DNA from: Gemmatimonadaceae bacterium | GTDB lineage: Bacteria > Gemmatimonadota > Gemmatimonadetes > Gemmatimonadales > Gemmatimonadaceae | Reading direction: 5' to 3' | Length of the DNA stretch: 37,422 nt | Assembly: GCA_033763905.1 (NCBI GenBank) | Contig: JANRJP010000066.1 | Span: forward strand, 1 to 37,422 | Shown: piece by piece, positions 29,996 to 37,422 of the stretch | Position numbering within the stretch: the first letter of the stretch is position 1 | Layout: every line of letters begins with the position of its first letter | Translations under genes and position numbers: made by a program | The notes under the pieces: generated by a model | The model's input: the letters and a program-made list of their open reading frames with translations, nothing else | What the model was told of the DNA's origin: nothing | Databases searched by the model: none

Positions 29996-31237
29996 ATGCG
30001 CAAGATCGTGGTCCTGCACGCGGACGTGAGCGAGATTGGCGGCGCCGAGCTCCTGATGGCCGAGCAGGCGAGGTATCTGCGCGACCGTGGGCACGCGGTG
30101 CGCGTCTGCGCGTTGCGCGCGACGGGCACCGCGTGGCAACGCGTCCTCGGCGACTTGCACATCGAGGTGTTGGCCGATCCGCCGAAGCTGGAGCGCCTCA
30201 ACACGCCGGCGCGGATGGCGCCCCTGCTGTCGGTGGCCCGTCGCGCGCTAGCCGAGGCAGAGGTCGTGTTGGCGCACAACTTCCCCACGGCACCGATTGC
30301 TGCGCGCTCGGCGCCACCGGGTGCGCGGACGGTCTGGTACTGCCACGAGCCGTACCGCGCGCTGCACCCCGAGGCCACGTACCCTGCTGCCGCGGCGCGC
30401 AGCGCGCGCGGCGGCGGCGATGATGGGCCCACACGGCAGTTCGCGCGCCGCGCGCGTCGGCGCGCGGTCGCGGGGTGGCTGTTGCCCTGGACCCGCGTCC
30501 GCCGTCGCGCACTGGCCGCGTGGGACGCCGAAGGAGTGGCCGCGCTCGATGCGGTGATGGCGAACTCCGCCTTCAGCGCCGCGATGCTGCGCGCCGCGCT
30601 CGGACGCGAGGCTGATGCGATCGTGCCGCCGGTGGTGACGATGCCCACGCTCGATCCCGACGCGCTCCGCACACGGCGTTCGGTCGACCGCCGCGCCCCG
30701 CAGTTGCTGGCGCAGACGCGGCTCGGCGTACCGAAGAACCTCGATATGCTGATTCGGGCCGTCGCACTGCTGCGCGCGACACACCCCGGCGTGCACCTGC
30801 ACATCGCCGGTGACGGCGCACAACGGCAGCCCTTGGAATCGCTGGCGCGCGCCGTGGCGCCGGACGCGGTGACGTTTCACGGGTATGTCTCCCGCGAGCG
30901 AATGGACGCGCTGGCGGCGGCCTGCGATGTCTTCGCGCTGGTGCCCGTGGACGAGCCGTTCGGGATGGTCTTTCCCGAAGCCGCCGCGCGCGGGCTGTTG
31001 CTCGTCGGCCCCGACCACGGTGGTCCGCTCGAGATTCTGGGGCGCGGGCAGTTCGGTGCCGTCTGCGACGCGTTCTCGCCAGCGGCGGTCGCGCAGGCGA
31101 TTCGCGACCTGCTGGCGAGAGACGACGCGGCGTTGGCCGCGTTGCGCGTGCAGGCGGCGACGGCGATGCACGAGCGGTACGCCGCGTCTGTCGTGTTGCC
31201 GAACTTTGAACGCTGGGTCCTCGGGGCCAGCGCTTGA
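29996..31237 (+). CDS. Glycosyltransferase family 4 (ALG2-like motifs)
   Basis: GGAE, WYCHEP, ANSAFS, KNLD, IAGDG, DEPFGMVFPEAAARG, GGPLEI. Confidence 0.9.
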   Translation: MRKIVVLHADVSEIGGAELLMAEQARYLRDRGHAVRVCALRATGTAWQRVLGDLHIEVLADPPKLERLNTPARMAPLLSVARRALAEAEVVLAHNFPTAPIAARSAPPGARTVWYCHEPYRALHPEATYPAAAARSARGGGDDGPTRQFARRARRRAVAGWLLPWTRVRRRALAAWDAEGVAALDAVMANSAFSAAMLRAALGREADAIVPPVVTMPTLDPDALRTRRSVDRRAPQLLAQTRLGVPKNLDMLIRAVALLRATHPGVHLHIAGDGAQRQPLESLARAVAPDAVTFHGYVSRERMDALAAACDVFALVPVDEPFGMVFPEAAARGLLLVGPDHGGPLEILGRGQFGAVCDAFSPAAVAQAIRDLLARDDAALAALRVQAATAMHERYAASVVLPNFERWVLGASA

Positions 31238-31371
31238 CCTGCGCGGGCGGTCGCCCGTAGCGTTCCGGTGTTCGCGATCCGCCGCGTGGCGGATCACCGG
31301 TGCCGTGATCGGCACCTTCTTCGACCCGGCGTCACGCGGTCCGCTTCGGCGCCAGTTCCCCTCACCGCCCA

Positions 31372-32670
31372 ATGCTCGCGGTGGAATCTCCCGAGACTCC
31401 GACCACCCCCGAACGGCCCGCGCCGATCGCGATCGCCGACCTTCGCCGCCTCGCGCTGCCCGATCTCGTGCGCTGGGCCGAGGTCCTGCAAGTCGAGAAC
31501 GCCGACATTCTCGGCCGCGCCGAGCTGCTGGCGCGGCTGCAGCGCGCGATGCTCAGGAACGGGCAACCGCTGATCGCGTCGGGGGTGCTCGAAATCGTGA
31601 AGGAGGGGCACGGCTTCCTGCGCTCGCAGGACTGGAGCTACCTCGCCAGTCCGGATGACGTGTACGTCTCGCCCTCGCAGATCAAGCGATTCGACCTGCG
31701 CACGGGCGACCTGCTGTCGGGTGACGTCCGCAACCCGAAACCGTGGGAGAAGTTCGTCGGGCTCTCGCGCGTGCACGCGGTCAATGGCAACGCCCCCGAC
31801 GAGTCGCGCAAGCGCCCGCAATTCGACCATCTGCGGCCGGTGTATCCGGACTCGCGGATCCGTCTCGAGGACGGTGATCTGTCGATGCGCGTGGTGGATC
31901 TCCTGTCGCCGATCGGCAAAGGCCAGCGCGGCCTGATCGTGGCGCCGCCGCGGGTCGGCAAGACGATTCTGCTGCACAAGATGGCGAACGCCATCCTCAA
32001 GAATCATCCGGAAGTCACGCTGATCATTCTGCTGATCGACGAGCGGCCGGAAGAGGTCACCGACTTCCGCGAGTCCTGCCCGGGAGCGGAAGTCGTGGCC
32101 AGCACCTTCGACGAACCGGCGAAGCGGCACGTCGCGGTGGCCGAAATGGTGGCCGAGCGCGCACGACGGCTGGTGGAAGAAGGCCAGGATGTGGTCATCC
32201 TGCTCGACTCGATCACGCGACTGGGTCGCGCCTACAACACCCTCGCGCCCTCGCGCGGGCGCATTATGTCGGGTGGCGTCGAAAGCACGGCGCTGCAGCG
32301 GCCGAAGCGATTCTTCGGCTCCGCGCGTCGCTGCGCCGACGGCGGCTCACTCACGATCGTGGCGACGGCGCTGATCGAGACCGGCTCGCGAATGGACGAA
32401 GTGATCTTCGAGGAGTTCAAGGGCACCGGCAATATGGAGCTCGTGCTCTCTCGGGCGATCGCGAACCGCCGGATCTATCCGGCGGTGGATATCGGCAAGA
32501 GCGGGACGCGACGCGAAGACCTGCTCTTCGACGAAACCGAACGCAATCGGATCTTCCTGCTGCGACACTTTCTTGGCGGGATGGACGAAGAAGCGGGCAT
32601 CAAGTTCCTCGTCGATCGGCTCAAGCGGACGAAGGACAATCGCGAGTTCTTCATCTCGATGCAGGAGTAG
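31372..32670 (+). CDS. rho: Transcription termination factor Rho
   Basis: [81 protein letters not shown]. Confidence 0.96.
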   Translation: MLAVESPETPTTPERPAPIAIADLRRLALPDLVRWAEVLQVENADILGRAELLARLQRAMLRNGQPLIASGVLEIVKEGHGFLRSQDWSYLASPDDVYVSPSQIKRFDLRTGDLLSGDVRNPKPWEKFVGLSRVHAVNGNAPDESRKRPQFDHLRPVYPDSRIRLEDGDLSMRVVDLLSPIGKGQRGLIVAPPRVGKTILLHKMANAILKNHPEVTLIILLIDERPEEVTDFRESCPGAEVVASTFDEPAKRHVAVAEMVAERARRLVEEGQDVVILLDSITRLGRAYNTLAPSRGRIMSGGVESTALQRPKRFFGSARRCADGGSLTIVATALIETGSRMDEVIFEEFKGTGNMELVLSRAIANRRIYPAVDIGKSGTRREDLLFDETERNRIFLLRHFLGGMDEEAGIKFLVDRLKRTKDNREFFISMQE

Positions 32671-32674
32671 TCGC

Positions 32675-33166
32675 GTGCCGCCCCTGCCCCGCTACCTCGC
32701 GGTCGACGTTGGCGACAAACGGATCGGCCTGGCCGTCGCCGACGGACTCGGGATGCTCGCCTCGCCGGCGGGCTTCATCGAACGGCGCGTCGGCAAGCGG
32801 ATGCCCGTGGCCGAAGTGTTGCGCCGCGCCGAGGCGCTGGAGGCGCAGGGGTTCGTGGTGGGACTCCCGCTCGACACCGACGGCAGCGAGACGCCGCGCT
32901 GCGCCGAGGCACGCGACCTAGCGAGCGCGCTCACCGCACGCAGTGGGCTGCCCGCGCACCTGGTCGACGAGCGATTCACGACGGCGATCGCACAGCGCGC
33001 CATCAAGGCGATGGGCGGCGGCACTCAGGGACGGAAGGGCGATGTCGATGCGCTCGCCGCGTCGGTCTTGTTGCAACACGCACTCGACTCCGCGGCGCTG
33101 GTTGATGCCACCGCCCCCGCGTCCGATGCGCCCGCCACCGCGGACGAGGCGTCCGGTGATGCGTAA
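32675..33166 (+). CDS. ruvX: Holliday junction resolvase-like / pre-16S rRNA nuclease RuvX (YqgF)
   Basis: YLAVDVGDKRIGLA, VVGLPL, VDERFTT, DVDALAASVLLQ. GTG start 4 nt after the rho stop. Confidence 0.93.
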   Translation: MPPLPRYLAVDVGDKRIGLAVADGLGMLASPAGFIERRVGKRMPVAEVLRRAEALEAQGFVVGLPLDTDGSETPRCAEARDLASALTARSGLPAHLVDERFTTAIAQRAIKAMGGGTQGRKGDVDALAASVLLQHALDSAALVDATAPASDAPATADEASGDA

Positions 33167-34133
33167 GGGGCTGTGGCTCGTGGCCCTCGCGGCGGCGCTC
33201 GCCGCCTGCGGCCCAGCGCGCGCGACGCGCGTGGTGATTCCCAAGGGGTCCTTCCGCTCGGCGACCGATTCGCTGGTCGCCGCGCGGGTGATTTCGTTCG
33301 GTCCCGTGTTCCGCGCGTATGCGCGGGTGCGGGGCCTCGATCGGCGCATTCAGGCGGGCACGTATGTCTTCAAGCCCGGCGCGTCGTGGAGCGACATTCT
33401 GCGCGACCTGAATGAAGGGCGCGACATCGAACTCTCGGTGACGGTGCCCGAAGGCTTGCCGCTGGCGCAGTCGCTGCCGTTGATCGCCGAGAAGCTCGAG
33501 GTGCCGCTCGACTCGCTGGAACTGGCGGTGCGCGACCGCGACGCGATTCTGCGCGTCGGATCGCCGACGGGTACGCTGGAGGGCTATCTCTTCCCCGACA
33601 CGTATCGCTTTCCGCCGGACGCCAACGCCGAGGCGATCGTCGACGAGATGCTCAAGCGCTTCGAGGCGCAGTGGACGCCGGCGATGAAGGCGCGGCTCGA
33701 CAGCACGCGGATGTCGCGCCACGCGATTCTGACCTTGGCGAGCATCGTCGAAGAGGAAGCGCGGGTCGACAGCGAGCGACCGGTGATTGCCGGGGTGTAC
33801 CTGAACCGGATCGCGAAGAAGATGCCCCTGCAGGCCGATCCCACCGTGCGCTTTGCGCTGGGGAAATACACCGATCGCGTGCTCTACCGCGATCTGACGG
33901 TGGATTCGCCGTACAACACCTACAAGGTGAAGGGCCTGCCCCCCGGACCGATTGCGGCACCGGGCCGCAAGAGTCTGGAAGCCGCGCTCTGGCCGGCGAA
34001 CGTGCCGTGGCTGTTCTTCGTCGCACACCCGGACGGCCATCACGTGTTTACGCGCACCTTCCGTGAACACAGTCGGGCGATTCGCGCCGTGAAGGCGGCG
34101 AAGGCCGCTACTCGTACGCCAGATCCGGCCTGA
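33159..34133 (+). CDS. mltG: Endolytic transglycosylase MltG (YceG)
   Basis: VTVPEG, LEGYLFPDTY, LASIVEEEA, IAGVYLNR, LQADPTV, SPYNTY..GLPPGPI. Confidence 0.95.
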   Translation: MRKGLWLVALAAALAACGPARATRVVIPKGSFRSATDSLVAARVISFGPVFRAYARVRGLDRRIQAGTYVFKPGASWSDILRDLNEGRDIELSVTVPEGLPLAQSLPLIAEKLEVPLDSLELAVRDRDAILRVGSPTGTLEGYLFPDTYRFPPDANAEAIVDEMLKRFEAQWTPAMKARLDSTRMSRHAILTLASIVEEEARVDSERPVIAGVYLNRIAKKMPLQADPTVRFALGKYTDRVLYRDLTVDSPYNTYKVKGLPPGPIAAPGRKSLEAALWPANVPWLFFVAHPDGHHVFTRTFREHSRAIRAVKAAKAATRTPDPA

Positions 34134-34482
34134 GCGTGGTGGCGCGACGCAGGTACACGTGGCGCGGCACGACGTCGGCGTCGAACTCGATGTGGAGCAG
34201 GACGCGGATGCATCGCTCGAGCGACCCGGGCACCGGGATCTCGGTCGCGCAGAGCACGGGCAGCTCGGTCCACCCGAGCTGCCGCGCGGCGGTGGCGGGA
34301 AAGGCGGCGCGGAGGTCGGGCGTAACGGTGAAGATGGCACTGATCAGCGAGGTGCCGTCGACACCGTTCTCGCGCGCGAGGGCCGTGAGCAGTTCCGCCG
34401 TGGCGCTGAGAATCTCACCCGCGTCGTCGGCGGTAACCGTGGTGGCGCCGCGTACGGCGCGTATCCGAGGTTTTCTGTCCAC
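34108..34482 (-). CDS. aroH: Chorismate mutase, AroH class
   Basis: RAVRGATT, SAIFTVTPDL.AAFPA.AAR..GW, EIPVPGSLERCIRVLLH, HVYLR.A..LRPDL. GGAG lies 5 nt upstream of the GTG. Confidence 0.92.
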   Translation of the reverse strand: MDRKPRIRAVRGATTVTADDAGEILSATAELLTALARENGVDGTSLISAIFTVTPDLRAAFPATAARQLGWTELPVLCATEIPVPGSLERCIRVLLHIEFDADVVPRHVYLRRATTLRPDLAYE

Positions 34483-35130
34483 GTGAGCTCCGCGTTCGAT
34501 CCGGCTGCCTTGCGGCTGATGGGAATCACCGATGATCTCCGGGATGGCGGCGACGGGCTTGCGGCCCGCGCCGCTGCCGCAGTGCGCGGCGGAGTCACGA
34601 TGCTCCAGGTGCGCCTCAAGGATGCCGATTCGCGCACCGCGGTGGAAGTCACGCGGGCCATCGTCGCCGTCGCGGCGACGTTCGACGGGCCGCGGGTGCC
34701 GGTCATCGTGAACGACCGACTGGACGTCGCGCTGGCCGCGGGTGCGCACGGCGTGCACTTGGGGGCCGACGACCTGCCGGTGAAGGCGGCGCGAGCGATC
34801 GTCCCCGCGGGGTTCATCATTGGCGCCAGCGTTGGTGCCCCGTCGGAGGTCGCGAACGCGGCCGAGGCCGACTATGTGGGCATCGGTCCGGTGTACGCGA
34901 CGGCGACGAAGGCGGACGCCGGCGCGGCGATCGGCGTCGAGGGCCTCGTGGCGCTCGCGCGGCAGGTGGCGCATCCGGTCGTGGGCATCGGCGGCGTGAC
35001 GGCGGCGAATGCGCGGGCGATCGTGCACGCTGGCGCGCAGGGCGTGGCCGTCGTGCGGGCCATTTTCGGCGCCGCAGACGTGGAGCGGGCTGCGCGGGCG
35101 ATCCGCGCGGCTCTCGACAGCAAGGAATGA
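34483..35130 (+). CDS. thiE: Thiamine-phosphate synthase
   Basis: GGVTMLQVRLK, IVNDRLDVALA.GAHGVHLGADD, IGAS, DYVGIGPVYATATK, VGIGGV. Start is uncertain (GTG 34483 or TTG 34510). Confidence 0.93.
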   Translation: MSSAFDPAALRLMGITDDLRDGGDGLAARAAAAVRGGVTMLQVRLKDADSRTAVEVTRAIVAVAATFDGPRVPVIVNDRLDVALAAGAHGVHLGADDLPVKAARAIVPAGFIIGASVGAPSEVANAAEADYVGIGPVYATATKADAGAAIGVEGLVALARQVAHPVVGIGGVTAANARAIVHAGAQGVAVVRAIFGAADVERAARAIRAALDSKE

Positions 35131-35134
35131 GCGA

Positions 35135-36298
35135 ATGACACAGGCCGTGGTCAGCAATCGTGGGGTCGCGCGCTGGACGCGCGGACATCCGTGGATCTTC
35201 ACCGGCGATGTCGTCGAGCGGCCATCGGGTGCCGCCGGTGTCGTGACGGTGCGCGAGACGTCGGGGCGCGTGATCGGCGACGCACTGTTCTCGCCGCACA
35301 GCGAGATCACGCTCCGGATGCTGACGCGCGGCGACGTGCGCGCGGACGCCACGTGGTTTGCCGCGACGGTGGCGGCGGCGGTGCAGCGCCGAGCCTCACT
35401 CGATGCGGTGGCGTCGGCCTACCGGCTGATTCACGGCGAAGGGGACGGCGTGCCGTCGTTCGTGGCCGACCGCTACGACCGGTGGATCGTGGTGCAGTTG
35501 TTGTCGGCCGGGCTCGAGTCGCAGCGGTCGGTCTTGGTGGAGGCGCTCCGCGCCGCCGCGCCGTGGTGCGAGGGGATTCTGGCCCGCCACGATGTGCCGG
35601 TGCGGAATCGCGAGAAGCTCTCGCAGGACGTCGAGGTGCTCTGGGGGGACGTCCCGCGCGAGATTGCCGTGCAGGAGCACGGCGTGACCTACCTCGCGGC
35701 CCCGTGGGACGGGCAGAAGACCGGCGCGTTTCTCGATCAACGGGAGCATCGCGCACTGATCGGCGGCCTGGCGCGCGGTCGCGGACTCGACTGCTTCTCG
35801 TACCACGGGTCGTTCGCCTTGCATATGGCGCGACGCTGCGAGTCGGTGCTGGCGCTCGATGTCTCGGCGCCGGCGCTGGAGCGAGCCGTCGCCAACGCGG
35901 CACGCAACGGTCTGACGAATGTCGTGCCGGTGGTGGCGGACGCCTTCGAGGAACTCAAGCGTCGCGAGCGACTCAAGGAGCGCTTCGAGACGATCGTGGT
36001 CGATCCGCCCGCGTTCGCGAAGAATCGCTCGGCGCTGGCGAACGCCGTGCGCGGCTACCACGAGGTGAACTTGCGCGCGATGCGGCTGCTGGCGCCGGGC
36101 GGGACAATGCTGACCGCGTCCTGCTCCTTCCATCTGTCGAAGCCGGACTTTCTGGCGATACTGGAGGGAGCCGCGAAGGACAGCGGGCGGCGCATGGCGC
36201 TCCGCGCGCTGACCGCGCAGGGGGTCGATCACCCCGAGTTGCTGACGGTGCCGGAGACCGGGTATCTCAAGGGCGCCGTGCTCGTCGCGCTGGACTAG
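35135..36298 (+). CDS. RlmI/RlmK-like class I SAM-dependent rRNA methyltransferase with PUA domain
   Basis: GHPWIF, YRLIHGEGDG, GQKTGAFLDQR, LDCFSYHGSF, VVDPPAF, TASCS, DHP...PETGYLK. Confidence 0.92.
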   Translation: MTQAVVSNRGVARWTRGHPWIFTGDVVERPSGAAGVVTVRETSGRVIGDALFSPHSEITLRMLTRGDVRADATWFAATVAAAVQRRASLDAVASAYRLIHGEGDGVPSFVADRYDRWIVVQLLSAGLESQRSVLVEALRAAAPWCEGILARHDVPVRNREKLSQDVEVLWGDVPREIAVQEHGVTYLAAPWDGQKTGAFLDQREHRALIGGLARGRGLDCFSYHGSFALHMARRCESVLALDVSAPALERAVANAARNGLTNVVPVVADAFEELKRRERLKERFETIVVDPPAFAKNRSALANAVRGYHEVNLRAMRLLAPGGTMLTASCSFHLSKPDFLAILEGAAKDSGRRMALRALTAQGVDHPELLTVPETGYLKGAVLVALD

Positions 36299-36316
36299 CG
36301 ACGCGGATCGGCGCGG

Positions 36317-37111
36317 TCAGCGCTGACAGCCCGGGCAGTACCACGTGCCACGACCGGCGTGCACCACGCGGCGAATGGTGCGGGCGCAGCGGTGGCAGCG
36401 CTCGCCGTCTCGGCCGTAGACCATCAGTTCGTGCGACGACGCGCTGCCGACCGTGGTACCGAAGACTCGCCCCGGTTCGTCGAGTCCGCGTTGCAGGGCG
36501 TGGCGCACCCCGGCGAGGAGTCGCGCGGCGCGATCGCGGCGGAGGGACTTGGCTGGTCGATCGGGATGCACCTGCGCGTGCCACAGGCCCTCGGCGGCGT
36601 AGATGTTGCCGATGCCGGCGATGAGGCGCTGGTCGAGCAGCACGAGCTTGATGGCACTGCTGCGACGGGCGAGCGCGGCGTGCCAGGCCTCGTCAGTGAG
36701 CGCGGGGTCCCACGGCTCGGGACCCAGCTCGGGCATGGGGTCGTCGCCCGCGGCGTGGAACGTGACCGTGGCGAAGGCGCGCGGATCGAGCAGTGCGATG
36801 CGCGTCCGATCGGTGAAGTGCATCGCCAGACGTGCGAATCGCGGCAGCGGCGCGTCGGCGGGGCCGACGTGCCAGTCGCCATCGAGCCGAAAGTGCGCCA
36901 CGAGCGACGCGCCGGAATCGAGGACGAAGCGCTGATACTTCCCGCGACGCGTGAGCGCGCTGATGGACGCACCCACGAGCGCCGAGGCGCGGCGGGCGGC
37001 GAGGGCGCGCTGCGTCGCGGCGTGCAGGCGTTCGATGCGCGCGACGGTGCGCCCTTCGACGTGCGGTCGCAGTCGCTGGACCGCGTGTTCGACTTCGGGA
37101 AGTTCAGGCAT
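36317..37111 (-). CDS. mutM: Formamidopyrimidine-DNA glycosylase
   Basis: N-terminal MPELPEVE, RRGKY, DPRAF, LGPEP, LLDQRLIAGIGNIYA, C-terminal zinc finger CHRC...CPGCQ. Confidence 0.96.
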   Translation of the reverse strand: MPELPEVEHAVQRLRPHVEGRTVARIERLHAATQRALAARRASALVGASISALTRRGKYQRFVLDSGASLVAHFRLDGDWHVGPADAPLPRFARLAMHFTDRTRIALLDPRAFATVTFHAAGDDPMPELGPEPWDPALTDEAWHAALARRSSAIKLVLLDQRLIAGIGNIYAAEGLWHAQVHPDRPAKSLRRDRAARLLAGVRHALQRGLDEPGRVFGTTVGSASSHELMVYGRDGERCHRCARTIRRVVHAGRGTWYCPGCQR

Positions 37112-37335
37112 TGGGTGATGAAGGGCGAATGCTGCCGCAGTTGTTTCGCGGTGATGCGGTGCTGCTGCCGGGCATCCGGCTTTCCACAACCCTCAAACGA
37201 ATGTTTCCACAGCGAAGCGTCATCTTGTGTGCAATCACTTGATTTGACGACACTTGGGCCTTGCGCGTCAATGTGGAAAGCATAGCTTCGCACCAGTGGC
37301 GCGTGCGCCCACGTGCCGCGAAGGAGACCCGGATC

Positions 37336-37422
37336 GTGCTGCTTTCACCACAGTCGCTCACATCCGAATACGCGCTCTTCGTCGAGCGCGAAATCGAGGA
37401 CTACAAGGACTCGATTCCGCGA
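37336..37422 (+). CDS. Hypothetical protein, 5' part (runs off the window edge)
   Basis: AAGGAG RBS at 37321-37326, GTG 37336, open frame MLLSPQSLTSEYALFVEREIEDYKDSIPR. Candidate promoter TTGCGC-16-TAGCTT at 37261-37288. Confidence 0.65.
   Translation, partial: MLLSPQSLTSEYALFVEREIEDYKDSIPR

Noticed and set aside
34300..34483. TPP riboswitch upstream of thiE
   Set aside because: The region is aroH coding sequence and no convincing TPP aptamer consensus could be assembled
34483..35352. Long N-terminal extension of aroH in ORF 34108..35352
   Set aside because: Antisense to thiE and the methyltransferase. AroH homology begins only at about 34482, where an SD-led GTG exists.

Overview
High-GC (roughly 70% by eye) bacterial chromosomal window. 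The gene complement suggests a Gemmatimonadota-like diderm; this is inference only. Most of it is core genome: TPM/nucleotidyltransferase genes, a DsbA-waaA-SGNH operon, an F1-only atpAGDC operon, an MlaF-like ATPase/NUDIX/AraC-like operon, a sigma-70 factor, six tRNAs around a TPR protein, two divergent GT4 glycosyltransferases, rho-ruvX-mltG-(aroH antisense)-thiE-RlmI-like, and mutM. No integrase, transposase, reverse transcriptase or CRISPR array was recognised. The most unusual elements are: (i) an ~11.4 kb envelope locus where two SusC/SusD pairs with no flanking CAZymes sandwich two barrel-less 'plug-only' TonB-receptor-like proteins, one fused to a TonB C-terminal-like domain; (ii) aroH lying antisense inside a + strand gene run, with its likely start abutting that of thiE in a CACGTG palindrome; (iii) a diverged orphan copy of the C-terminus of a secreted lipoprotein; (iv) repeated TANNNT-6/8 nt-ATG leaderless-type starts; (v) a glycosyltransferase whose stop codon lies inside a tRNA on the opposite strand; (vi) clustered DnaA-box-like motifs at the right end. 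All product calls come from motif recognition by eye; no database searches were run.
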